Positions 48,890 to 58,957 of a DNA stretch of 64,000 nt are shown one piece after another. The first letter of the stretch is position 1. Every line of letters begins with the position of its first letter. Source of the DNA: an uncultured Flavobacteriales bacterium (lineage in GTDB: Bacteria; Bacteroidota; Bacteroidia; Flavobacteriales; Blattabacteriaceae); contig CAXTRI010000001.1 of assembly GCA_964246735.1 (NCBI GenBank), positions 100,420 through 164,419 on the forward strand, read 5' to 3'. Both the position numbers and the translations under genes were made by a program. The notes beneath the pieces are model-generated. The model had not been told where the DNA came from. It ran no database searches and was given only the letters and a program-made list of their open reading frames with translations.

Positions 48890-51308
48890 TTTTTTCAACA
48901 GACGCAATTGAATCACCTTTTTTTAATTGGACTAACTTTACTCCTTGAGTCGCTCGTCTCATTATTGGTAGAGAAGACACAGATAATCTTATAGTATACC
49001 CAGATTTATTTATAATAATAAGGTCATTGCTATCTGATACATTTTTAATAGCAATTAAATTTCCTGTTTTTCTAGTAATATTAAAGGTTTTTATTCCTTT
49101 ACAATATCTATTAGTTACTCTATAATCATCTAACAAAGATCTTTTTCCATATCCTTTTTCTGAAACTACTAAAATATCTTCTTTTATTTCTTTTTCTAAG
49201 CATATCATGCCTATTACTTTATCATTTTTTTCAAGGTTTATTCCTACTACGCCCATAGCAAGTCTTCCCATTGAACGAACTTTATCTTCGGTAAATCTAA
49301 TGGCTTTACCACTTTTAATCGCTAAAATAATTTCACATTGTCCGTTAGTTATTATAGCTTCTAAAAGTGTGTCACCGTCACGAATAGAAATTGCTTTTAT
49401 TCCATGTATTCTGGGTTTAGAAAACTGTAATAACGGTGTTTTTTTTATATTTCCATTCTCTGTTACAATAACAACATAATGGTTATCTACAAATTTAGAA
49501 TCCTTAATATTGCCTATTATAAGATAAGCTTGTATATTATCGTCTGGAATGATTTGAAATAAATTTTGGATATATCTTCCTTTTGATTTTTTAGATCTTT
49601 CAGGAACCTCATAAACCCGCTTACAGTAACATTTCCCTTTCTTTGTAAAAAAAAGGATATATTGATGGTTTGTTGCTACAAGTATATGTTCTAGATAATC
49701 TTCATTTTTTGTAATAGCTCCTCTATTTCCTATACCTCCTCTCAATTGTCTTTTATATTCTGAAAGAGGAGTACGTTTTATATATCCAAAATGAGAGATA
49801 GTTAAGACCATCTGTTCATCGTAAATTAAATCTTCTATAGTTACTTCTTTCCCAAGAGATTCAATTAATGTCCTACGATTGTCTGAATATTTTTTTTTAA
49901 TGTTTAACAATTCATTCTTTATTATTTTCATACTAAATTTCTTTTGTTCAAGAATTTCTTGATTATTATTAATAGAATTAGAAAGATCAACGACTTCATA
50001 TTTTATTTTTTCATGTTCTAATCCTGTTAAACGTTGAAGCCGGATATCTAAAATAGCACGAGTCTGTTTTTCAGAAAATTTAAATTTTTTTACAAGTTCT
50101 TCTATTGCTTTATCAGGAGTTTTAGATTTTTTAATATGTGTAATTACAATATCTAAATTATCTAATGCCACTAATAATCCATCCAAAATATGACACCGAT
50201 CTTTCGCTTTTTGCAACTCAAATTGAGTCCTACGAATAACAATCTCTTGCCTATGATCTACAAAATATTTAATTAAACTTTTTAAATTAAGCTGTAATGG
50301 TTGTCCATTTACTAAAGCGATATTATTAATATTAAATGAAGTTTGTAACATTGTTTTTTTAAACAAATTATTCAGTATAATATTTGGTGAGGTATCTTGT
50401 TTTAAAATGTAAACAATACGAATTCCTTTTCGATTAGATTCATCCCGAATATTTAAAATTCCTTCTAGTTTCCCTTCTTTAATCATTTCAGAAGATTTAG
50501 AAATCATTTCTGCCTTATTAATTTGATAAGGAATCTCTTCTACAATAAGACAATTTCTTTTGTTTATTTCTTCTAATCTAACTTTTGCACGTAATATTAT
50601 TCTGCCTTTTCCAGTTCTAAAAGAGTCCTGTATTCCTTCTATACCATAAATAATACCTCCTGTTGGAAAATCAGGAGCTTTTAGATATTTGATAAAATCA
50701 TCAACATTTCGATCAGGATTATCGATATATGCACAAATAGCGTCTATACATTCACCTAAATTATGAGGAGCCATGTTAGTTGCCATTCCAACAGCAATTC
50801 CTGATGAACCATTTATTAAAAGATTTGGAATTCTGGTTGGAAGTACCGTAGGTTCTTCTAAGGAGTCGTCAAAATTAAATTTAGTTTTTACCGTTTTTTT
50901 TTCAAGATCAGTTAGCATCTCTTCCGATATTTTTTGTAAACGGACTTCTGTATAACGCATAGCTGCAGCAGAATCACCATCTACAGACCCAAAATTACCT
51001 TGTCCATCTATTAATAAATAACGTAAAGACCATTTTTGAGCCATTCTTACCATAGTCTCATAAACTGAAGAATCACCATGTGGGTGATATTTAGCAAGAA
51101 CTTCGCCCACTACTCTTGCTGATTTTTTATATGGTCTATTGTATATCATTCCAAGTTCATACATGCTAAAAAGAACACGTCGATGTACTGGTTTTAATCC
51201 ATCTCTAACATCAGGTAAAGCTCTTGAAACTATAACAGACATGGAGTAATCTATGTAGGATGTTTTTATTTCATTTTCAATATTTATTGGTATAAGTTTT
51301 TCAGTCAT
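48876..51308 (-). CDS. gyrA: DNA gyrase subunit A
   Basis: 'DGLKPVHRR', the active-site 'AAMRYTE', and C-terminal beta-pinwheel repeats. Confidence 0.95.
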   Translation of the reverse strand: MTEKLIPINIENEIKTSYIDYSMSVIVSRALPDVRDGLKPVHRRVLFSMYELGMIYNRPYKKSARVVGEVLAKYHPHGDSSVYETMVRMAQKWSLRYLLIDGQGNFGSVDGDSAAAMRYTEVRLQKISEEMLTDLEKKTVKTKFNFDDSLEEPTVLPTRIPNLLINGSSGIAVGMATNMAPHNLGECIDAICAYIDNPDRNVDDFIKYLKAPDFPTGGIIYGIEGIQDSFRTGKGRIILRAKVRLEEINKRNCLIVEEIPYQINKAEMISKSSEMIKEGKLEGILNIRDESNRKGIRIVYILKQDTSPNIILNNLFKKTMLQTSFNINNIALVNGQPLQLNLKSLIKYFVDHRQEIVIRRTQFELQKAKDRCHILDGLLVALDNLDIVITHIKKSKTPDKAIEELVKKFKFSEKQTRAILDIRLQRLTGLEHEKIKYEVVDLSNSINNNQEILEQKKFSMKIIKNELLNIKKKYSDNRRTLIESLGKEVTIEDLIYDEQMVLTISHFGYIKRTPLSEYKRQLRGGIGNRGAITKNEDYLEHILVATNHQYILFFTKKGKCYCKRVYEVPERSKKSKGRYIQNLFQIIPDDNIQAYLIIGNIKDSKFVDNHYVVIVTENGNIKKTPLLQFSKPRIHGIKAISIRDGDTLLEAIITNGQCEIILAIKSGKAIRFTEDKVRSMGRLAMGVVGINLEKNDKVIGMICLEKEIKEDILVVSEKGYGKRSLLDDYRVTNRYCKGIKTFNITRKTGNLIAIKNVSDSNDLIIINKSGYTIRLSVSSLPIMRRATQGVKLVQLKKGDSIASVEKIKLS

Positions 51309-52381
51309 TAGAATTTATACTTTCTTATTAAGAATAAAGCATTTTTAATGCTTTCAATAGAAATTTGATGATCAAAGCTACAATTACCAATTGATTTTAA
51401 TAAGGAAAAGATTATATTTTCTTTTATATTTTTCTTATCATGTCGTATATGATTAATAATTTTTTGTAATACAAAAGTTTTAATGATGGGAAAACTATAA
51501 TTATCTAAAAGATAATTTTTAATATCTTCATGTTCCGATAAAGGAAACTTATTATAAAGATAAGAGATCCATGTTTCACATAGCATCCCTATTGAAATAG
51601 CTTCTCCGTGTAAAAAAGTATAACGATCTATAAGAAAAGAACTCTCTATTCCATGTCCGATTGAATGACCAAAATTAAGTACTTTTCGTAATCCTTTTAT
51701 TTCATAAGGATCTTTTTTAATAATATTTTGTTTTATTGTTACAGATGGAACAATCTCTGTATTACAGAAATGTTTTTTTTCTATAACTTTCTTTTTAAGT
51801 TTTATCCATAGATTTTTTTGGTAAATCAATCCATGTTTTAACATTTCTGCTTTCCCTGAAACTATTTCTCTATAACATAAGGTTTTCAAATAATGAAAAT
51901 CTATAATAATTAGCTTTGGAAAGCTAAAGATTCCAATTTCATTTTTAATATGATCTAAATCTATTCCAGATTTTCCTCCAATAGAAGCATCTACCATAGA
52001 TAATAATGTAGTTGGAATATGAATAAAATAAAACCCTCTCTTAAATAGAGTAGCAGAAAATCCTCCTATATCATTAATAACTCCTCCACCTAAATTTATT
52101 AGTAGGCTATTTCTATCAGCTCGATAGGCTGATAGAGCCCTCCAAATGTATAAGGAACTTTCTATATTTTTAACTCTCTCTCCAGAAAAAATAGCTATAA
52201 CTTGAGATTTCCTTAATATTGAAACTTTCTTTTGTAAATGTTTTAAACAGAATTTTTCTGTATTATTGTCACATAAAATAAAGAAATTTGATATATTATT
52301 TTTAGATAAAAATATTTTAAATTTTTTGTATGATTTACTTCCAAAATAAATAGGATAATTTATTGAAATAAGTTTTTTCAC
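51308..52381 (-). CDS. aroB: 3-dehydroquinate synthase
   Basis: '[11 protein letters not shown]' and '[12 protein letters not shown]'. GTG start; 1-nt overlap with the gyrA start. Confidence 0.9.
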   Translation of the reverse strand: MKKLISINYPIYFGSKSYKKFKIFLSKNNISNFFILCDNNTEKFCLKHLQKKVSILRKSQVIAIFSGERVKNIESSLYIWRALSAYRADRNSLLINLGGGVINDIGGFSATLFKRGFYFIHIPTTLLSMVDASIGGKSGIDLDHIKNEIGIFSFPKLIIIDFHYLKTLCYREIVSGKAEMLKHGLIYQKNLWIKLKKKVIEKKHFCNTEIVPSVTIKQNIIKKDPYEIKGLRKVLNFGHSIGHGIESSFLIDRYTFLHGEAISIGMLCETWISYLYNKFPLSEHEDIKNYLLDNYSFPIIKTFVLQKIINHIRHDKKNIKENIIFSLLKSIGNCSFDHQISIESIKNALFLIRKYKF

Positions 52382-52545
52382 TTATCTAAGATAAGCAATT
52401 TTGTATAAAGTATGCATTAACATTAATCAAAGAAGGTCATTTTCCATATTACCAGTTAAGTTTTTTCTTTGAAAAGAGGAATAATAAAAGGTTGCAAAAT
52501 AAACAACTACCAAAGAATTCCATTCATTATTACAAAAACTGGTAA

Positions 52546-53250
52546 TTATTCTATCTCGAGAACATCTTTCATAGAGAAAATTCCTTTTTTATAACTTATC
52601 CATTCTGCAGCTATAACAGCTCCAAGCGCAAAGCCTTCTCTATTAAAAGCTGTATGCTTAAAAATAATATTCTCTATAAAAGATTGATATTTTATTACAT
52701 GTATCCCTGGGACTTTTTTAAAACGTTTTGAATTTATTAATAAATGGTCCTTTTTTTTTTCTCCCAAAACCCATTTTTTAGCTAATCCTTCTTTTATTAA
52801 AGATTTAGCTAATCTTATGGCTGTTCCACTTGGAACATCTTTTTTATTTATATGGTGTATTTCTTCTATTTCTACTTCATATTCTTTTTTATAAGACTTG
52901 ATAAGTTTAGCGAACTTTCTACTTATTTCAATAAAAATATTAACGCCAATACTAAAATTAGAGGCATATAAAAAAGTCCCTGACTTTCTCAAGCAAATCT
53001 TTTTAATATCTTCCATTTTAAATAACCAACCAGTAGTCCCAGAAATTACAGAAATATTCTGTTCTAAACAAATTTTTATATTTGCAAACGCAGATTCTGG
53101 TTTACTAAAGTCTATAGCAACCTCCACATTTTTAAGCTCTTTATAGGTTGGGCAAAATTTACTTTTTAATAAAATATTATGTTTGCGATTAATTGCTATC
53201 TTTTCAATAGCTTTTCCCATTCTACCATAACCAATTATTGCTAAATTCAT
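52546..53250 (-). CDS. dapB: 4-hydroxy-tetrahydrodipicolinate reductase
   Basis: 'IIGYGRMGK', 'EEIHHINKKDVPSGTA' and 'HTAFNREGFALGA'. Confidence 0.9.
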   Translation of the reverse strand: MNLAIIGYGRMGKAIEKIAINRKHNILLKSKFCPTYKELKNVEVAIDFSKPESAFANIKICLEQNISVISGTTGWLFKMEDIKKICLRKSGTFLYASNFSIGVNIFIEISRKFAKLIKSYKKEYEVEIEEIHHINKKDVPSGTAIRLAKSLIKEGLAKKWVLGEKKKDHLLINSKRFKKVPGIHVIKYQSFIENIIFKHTAFNREGFALGAVIAAEWISYKKGIFSMKDVLEIE

Positions 53251-53366
53251 ATAAAATAAACTCTATTAAAAAGAAGTAAGAATAATTGATTATTGAGAAT
53301 TGATTTATATATCAAAAAAAAAATTATATTCACTATAATTAAAATCTTCGTATCTTAGAAGATAAG

Positions 53367-53450
53367 GTCCACGTGGTGAAATGGTAGACACGCTATCATG
53401 AGGTGGTAGTTTTAAAAATGAAAATGCGGGTTCGAGTCCTGCCGAGGACA
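53367..53450 (+). tRNA. tRNA-Leu (anticodon GAG)
   Basis: Class II fold: acceptor GTCCACG/CGAGGAC (one A:A mismatch), anticodon stem CTATC/GGTAG, loop ATGAGGT, long variable arm, T arm GCGGG-TTCGAGT-CCTGC. Confidence 0.8.
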
Positions 53451-53463
53451 CAAATATATTTAT

Positions 53464-53757
53464 AAAGTAGAAAATTTTATTACGTTTTATCACCCAAAGA
53501 TAAATGAGGAAAGTCCGGACACAGGGTCTAGCACAATGGGAAACTCCCATCCATCGTAATATGAGGAAAAGTACAACAGAAAGAAAATATAGCTTGCCTA
53601 TAGTGAAATCAGGAAAACTCTGTGCTGTGAAATGCCATTTTAACCGGTAAATTTTGCCCAATAATTACGGTAGGTAGGCAATTAGCGATAATTGGCAACT
53701 CTTATTCTAGATAAATGATAAAGCTTATCAACAGAATCCGGCTTATTTGGCTACTTT
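53464..53757 (+). ncRNA. rnpB: RNase P RNA (bacterial type A, reduced; ends approximate)
   Basis: Universally conserved blocks are readable: 'GAGGAAAGTCCGGAC' (53505-53520 region), 'GTACAACAGAAAG', 'AGATAAATGAT' and 'ACAGAATCCGGCTTAT' (53731-53746). The proposed P1 pairs AAAGTAG (53464-53470) with CTACTTT (53751-53757). Confidence 0.85.
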
Positions 53758-54708
53758 TTTTCTTTTTATTACTCTTTTTACTTTTTTTACAATAGAAGTT
53801 TTATCTATTTTATATTTTTTAATAAGCTCTATTTGTTTCCCGCTTTCTCCGAAAGTGTCATTGACTGCTACGAACTCTTGGGGAATAGGAAGATGATTGA
53901 CTAAAATACGTGCAATACTTTCACCTAATCCTCCTAAATAATTATGTTCTTCAGCACTAACTAAACAGCCAGTTTTTTCAATAGACTTAAGAATAAGTTC
54001 TTCATCAAGAGGTTTAATAGTATGAATATTAATAATGTCACAGAAGATTCCTTCTTCTACTAATATTTTATATGCTTTAAGTGATTCACCGACTAAATGT
54101 CCAGTTGCAATAATACTAACATCATCTCCCTCCGTTAGAAGAATACCCTTCCCAATTTTGAATTCCTGGTAATTAGTAAAATTTGTAATTCCTGGTCGTC
54201 CAAAGCGTAAATAAGATGGGACTTCAGTCTTAGATATCGCTAATGTAGCTTTATATGTTTGATGAAAATCACTAGAATTAATAACTGTCATTCCGGGAAG
54301 CATTTTTATCATTCCTATATCTTCCAATATTTGATGTGTTGCACCATCTTCACCTAAACTAATCCCAGAATGAGAAGCACATAGTGTCACATTTTTTTCT
54401 GAATAAGCAATAGACTGACGAACTTGATCATAAACCCTAGATGTAGAAAAATTAGCAAATGTACCAGTAAAAGGTTTACTGCCACCAATAGCCAAACCAG
54501 CAGCCATTCCAATCATATTTGCTTCTGCAATTCCTACTTGGAAAAACCTTTCAGAAAATTCTTCTGAGAACTGATTCATGCAAAGGGATCCTGTTAAATC
54601 AGCGCAAAGTACCACTATGCTTTTATTATTTCTCCCTAAATCTAAAATAGCTTCCCCAAATCCTTTTCTTGTCTCTTTTAACTCTTTTTTATAACTATCA
54701 TTTATCAT
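53743..54708 (-). CDS. transketolase, C-terminal (pyrimidine-binding) subunit
   Basis: 'FQVGIAEANMIGMAAGLA', 'GEDGATHQ', and a C-terminal transketolase domain. Confidence 0.9.
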   Translation of the reverse strand: MINDSYKKELKETRKGFGEAILDLGRNNKSIVVLCADLTGSLCMNQFSEEFSERFFQVGIAEANMIGMAAGLAIGGSKPFTGTFANFSTSRVYDQVRQSIAYSEKNVTLCASHSGISLGEDGATHQILEDIGMIKMLPGMTVINSSDFHQTYKATLAISKTEVPSYLRFGRPGITNFTNYQEFKIGKGILLTEGDDVSIIATGHLVGESLKAYKILVEEGIFCDIINIHTIKPLDEELILKSIEKTGCLVSAEEHNYLGGLGESIARILVNHLPIPQEFVAVNDTFGESGKQIELIKKYKIDKTSIVKKVKRVIKRKKVAK

Positions 54709-55537
54709 AATCTCCTAGAGTTTCTGGAAGTTGATTCAATGCTTTTTTAAGTTCTTCTTTGTTTGGTGATTTTCCATGCCATTTATAGGACCCACTCATA
54801 AAATTTACGCCATGTCCCATTTCCGTATGTAAAATAATACAAATTGGTTTACCTTTTTTTGCTTTTTTTTTTGCCTTTTGTAAGATTTTTATAACAGAAA
54901 AAATGCAATTTCCTTTAGTTTCTTCTAAAACATGCCAGCCAAAAGATTCAAATTTCATTTTAATATTGCCCAATTGCATTACTTTATCAATAGTCCCATC
55001 GATTTGTTGATGATTATAATCTATAGTAGCAATATAATTATCTACTTTTTTAGCGCCTGCATATAAAATAGCTTCCCAATTTTGGCCTTCATTAATTTCA
55101 CCATCTCCGTGATAACTATACGATAAATAAGAGTCATTATAAATTTTTTTTGATTGGGCGACGCCAATAGTTACCGACATTCCTTGTCCAAGAGAACCTG
55201 AAGCTACATTTATCCCTGGTAATTTTTCATATACGCTTGGATGACCTTGTAAACGAGAATTAATTCTTCTAAATTTATTTAGTTCATTTATGGAAAAATA
55301 CCCTTTTCGAGCTAAAACACTATACAAAACAGCAGAAATATGACCATTAGATAAAAAAAACATATCTTCTGATTTTCCTTCTATTTTTTTTGTCTGAAAA
55401 GACATTACTTTATAAAAAAGTGCTATAAAATACTCTGTAGATCCTAATGCTCCTCCTGGATGTCCTGATTTTGCATTATGTATCATAATTAAAATATCTC
55501 TTCTTGTTTGAAGAATTATCTCTTTTAGATGAATCAT
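54698..55537 (-). CDS. transketolase, N-terminal (TPP-binding) subunit
   Basis: 'SGHPGGALGSTE', 'LSNGHIS' and 'HGDGEINEGQNWEA'. It has an 11-nt overlap with the C-terminal subunit gene. Confidence 0.9.
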   Translation of the reverse strand: MIHLKEIILQTRRDILIMIHNAKSGHPGGALGSTEYFIALFYKVMSFQTKKIEGKSEDMFFLSNGHISAVLYSVLARKGYFSINELNKFRRINSRLQGHPSVYEKLPGINVASGSLGQGMSVTIGVAQSKKIYNDSYLSYSYHGDGEINEGQNWEAILYAGAKKVDNYIATIDYNHQQIDGTIDKVMQLGNIKMKFESFGWHVLEETKGNCIFSVIKILQKAKKKAKKGKPICIILHTEMGHGVNFMSGSYKWHGKSPNKEELKKALNQLPETLGDYDK

Positions 55538-55542
55538 CTTAT

Positions 55543-57007
<1,465 letters not shown>

Positions 57008-57040
57008 TTATATTAAATTTAATAAAAATAATGACAAATT

Positions 57041-57490
57041 TTGTATAAGGAAATCTTATTTTACAATAGAAGGGCTCAATTTAATTACGATTTTTTTGAA
57101 TCGTATTTAGCAGGGATACAACTTTATGGTTGTGAAATAAAATCAATAAGATTGAATAAAGTTTCTATTTCTGATAGTTTTTGTAAATTGCAAAAAAATG
57201 AACTATATGTTTATAACATGTTCATCTCAAAATATAAATGGGCTTCAAATTTTGAAAATTATTCTCCTAGTAGAGAAAGAAAATTACTTCTGAAAAAGTC
57301 AGAGCTAAGAAAAATAGAATGGAAAATTAAAAAATATGGCTTTACGATAATTCCAACTAAATTATTTGTTAATAAGAAAGGTTTTGCCAAGCTTAAAATA
57401 TTTTTAGCAAAAGGAAGAAAATTAGTTAATAAACGTGATATTATCAAATATAAAGAAAAAGAAAAAGAAATAGATATAATTAACCAATAG
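57041..57490 (+). CDS. smpB: SsrA-binding protein SmpB
   Basis: 'NRRAQFNYDF', 'AGIQLYGCEIKSIR' and 'ERKLLLKKSELRKI'. TTG start. Confidence 0.88.
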   Translation: MYKEILFYNRRAQFNYDFFESYLAGIQLYGCEIKSIRLNKVSISDSFCKLQKNELYVYNMFISKYKWASNFENYSPSRERKLLLKKSELRKIEWKIKKYGFTIIPTKLFVNKKGFAKLKIFLAKGRKLVNKRDIIKYKEKEKEIDIINQ

Positions 57491-57508
57491 TCAATAGTCA
57501 ATAGTCAA
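57485..57508. repeat. 7-nt tandem repeat (CAATAGT) x3 + partial, first unit contains the smpB stop
   Basis: caatagt caatagt caatagt caa. The smpB TAG is at 57488-57490. Confidence 0.9.
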
Positions 57509-57571
57509 ATCATTGCAATAAACATACTTAATAAATCAGAAGGAGGGAAATTAGCAGCAGAAATTACTAAT

Positions 57572-57590
57572 ATAAGTGTTCTCTAAATTC
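57572..57590. repeat. 19-nt dispersed direct repeat, copy 1 (ATAAGTGTTCTCTAAATTC)
   Basis: Exact match to 57729-57747. Confidence 0.9.
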
Positions 57591-57728
57591 AATAGCCATT
57601 GGACATAATATAAAATAACAACAAAAAAATAGAATAATTACTATTAAAAAACAAAATTCATAAAAAAATGTAAGGAAAAGCCAATATAATCCCCTAACAT
57701 TTGTCTATTTTGTAATATTCTATTGGTA

Positions 57729-57747
57729 ATAAGTGTTCTCTAAATTC
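57729..57747. repeat. 19-nt dispersed direct repeat, copy 2
   Basis: Exact match to 57572-57590. It lies 17 nt beyond the stop of the DUF4295-like ORF. Confidence 0.9.
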
Positions 57748-57763
57748 TTCTATATGTAGACTC

Positions 57764-57925
57764 TTATTTAGATTTTCTTTGAAAAAAATGATTTATATGA
57801 TCCGCTATAACAAATTTTTCTTCAAAAAAATACGTTTTTGATTTTTGTGATTTAATCATTCGTATAACTCTGGTTCTTTTTTTTTTAAAATTATCTGTAT
57901 CTGATTTTTGAATCTTTTTTATCAT
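57764..57925 (-). CDS. small DUF4295-family protein (53 aa), not in ORF track
   Basis: The ATG (57925) lies 1 nt after the rpmG stop. Translation is MIKKIQKSDTDNFKKKRTRVIRMIKSQKSKTYFFEEKFVIADHINHFFQRKSK. The '..VI.M.KS.KS..Y.F.E..V....V..F' pattern and the position after rpmB-rpmG match the small conserved Bacteroidetes protein. Confidence 0.7.
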   Translation of the reverse strand: MIKKIQKSDTDNFKKKRTRVIRMIKSQKSKTYFFEEKFVIADHINHFFQRKSK

Positions 57926-57926
57926 T

Positions 57927-58115
57927 TTATTTAATTTCTTTATGAATAGTATGTTTTTTTAGTATAGGATTATATTTTTTAAGCTTTAAAGTTAAAGGTG
58001 TATTTTTTTTATTCTTTGTCCCAAAATAACGAGACACACCAGATTTTCCACTTTTTTTGTGCTCAGTGCACTCAAGAATAATTTGTATTCTATTTGTTTT
58101 TACTTTTTTTGCCAT
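57927..58115 (-). CDS. rpmG: 50S ribosomal protein L33
   Basis: '[23 protein letters not shown]' and '[17 protein letters not shown]'. Confidence 0.92.
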   Translation of the reverse strand: MAKKVKTNRIQIILECTEHKKSGKSGVSRYFGTKNKKNTPLTLKLKKYNPILKKHTIHKEIK

Positions 58116-58347
58116 TGTTTATATTAATAATAGTAATTCTTTGTATAGCTTTTTTTATTCCAATAGAGTTTATTATCTTAATTGCTGCTGCTGATACTTT
58201 TAATCTAATCCATTGTTTTTCTTTTGAAAAATAAAAACGTTTTTTAAACAAATTAATATAAAAATTACGTTTTGTTTTCTTATTCGAGTGAGATACAAAA
58301 TTACCTACTACAGGTTTTTTCCCTGTAATTTGACAAATTTTTGACAT
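58090..58347 (-). CDS. rpmB: 50S ribosomal protein L28
   Basis: '[27 protein letters not shown]'. Its 3' end overlaps rpmG by 26 nt. Confidence 0.92.
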   Translation of the reverse strand: MSKICQITGKKPVVGNFVSHSNKKTKRNFYINLFKKRFYFSKEKQWIRLKVSAAAIKIINSIGIKKAIQRITIININNGKKSKNK

Positions 58348-58391
58348 ATGTTAAAGATAAAAATTTTTATATTTGACATCTGTAAATAAAT

Positions 58392-58757
58392 ATGCTCTTG
58401 AAATTAGATCATTCTTCTGTTCTAAACAGAATTATTCATAGCATTGAAAAAATAAAAGGAACAAATATTCATATTTTAAATCTAACAAAAATAGAAAATA
58501 TTTGTTTTGATTATATAGTAATTTGTAGTGCAAATTCTTCAATACAAGTGTCTTCTATTGTTAGTTCAGTAAAAGAGAAAATTATAGAAGAAAAACCTAT
58601 TCATATTGAAGGTCTCATAAATGCTCAATGGGTATTAATAGATTATAATTTTATTATAGTAAATATATTTCAAGAATCTATAAGAAAGTATTATGACTTA
58701 GAAAGCCTTTGGTTGAAAAGGCTTCTTAAAAAAAAAGTACCTGAAAAATCAAGGTGA
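58392..58757 (+). CDS. rsfS: ribosome silencing factor RsfS (iojap-like)
   Basis: 'DYIVICSANSSIQVSSI', 'EGLINAQWVLIDYNFIIVNIFQESIRKYYDLESLW'. Confidence 0.88.
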   Translation: MLLKLDHSSVLNRIIHSIEKIKGTNIHILNLTKIENICFDYIVICSANSSIQVSSIVSSVKEKIIEEKPIHIEGLINAQWVLIDYNFIIVNIFQESIRKYYDLESLWLKRLLKKKVPEKSR

Positions 58758-58766
58758 TCAAGGTGA
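58749..58766. repeat. 9-nt tandem duplication (TCAAGGTGA x2) spanning the rsfS stop
   Basis: tca agg tga | tca agg tga. This gives a second in-frame TGA 9 nt after the first. Confidence 0.9.
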
Positions 58767-58801
58767 GTTTCTTTATTCTGGATAAGTGCCATTTATTTTG
58801 T

Positions 58802-58865
58802 TTGGCAGATTTTTTATAGATGATATAAGAGAGATGTTTTAAGAAAGCAAAGTTAAATCTGCCAA
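58802..58865. other. perfect 11-bp inverted repeat with 42-nt spacer in the rsfS / dnaK convergent spacer
   Basis: TTGGCAGATTT (58802-58812) pairs with AAATCTGCCAA (58855-58865). Confidence 0.5.
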
Positions 58866-58957
58866 TCTCCAATAGGACGAGAAAATTAAAATATGTGTCT
58901 TATTGGGGGGTAGATTAGCTGAAAAGATTCTACAAGTCTATAGTAATTATATTTTTC

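Noticed and set aside
53305-53661. 118-aa minus-strand ORF
   Set aside because: It covers tRNA-Leu(GAG) and the conserved core of RNase P RNA on the opposite strand, so it is an artefact of the structured-RNA sequence.
57537-57560. Possible SRP (4.5S) RNA motif 'CAGAAGGAGGGAAATTAGCAGCAG' resembling '..GGAAGGAAGCAGC..'
   Set aside because: I could not build the required closing pairs, the 5' symmetric-loop partner or a long flanking helix by hand. The match rests only on AGCAGC after a GNRA-like loop. It needs a covariance-model scan before any call.
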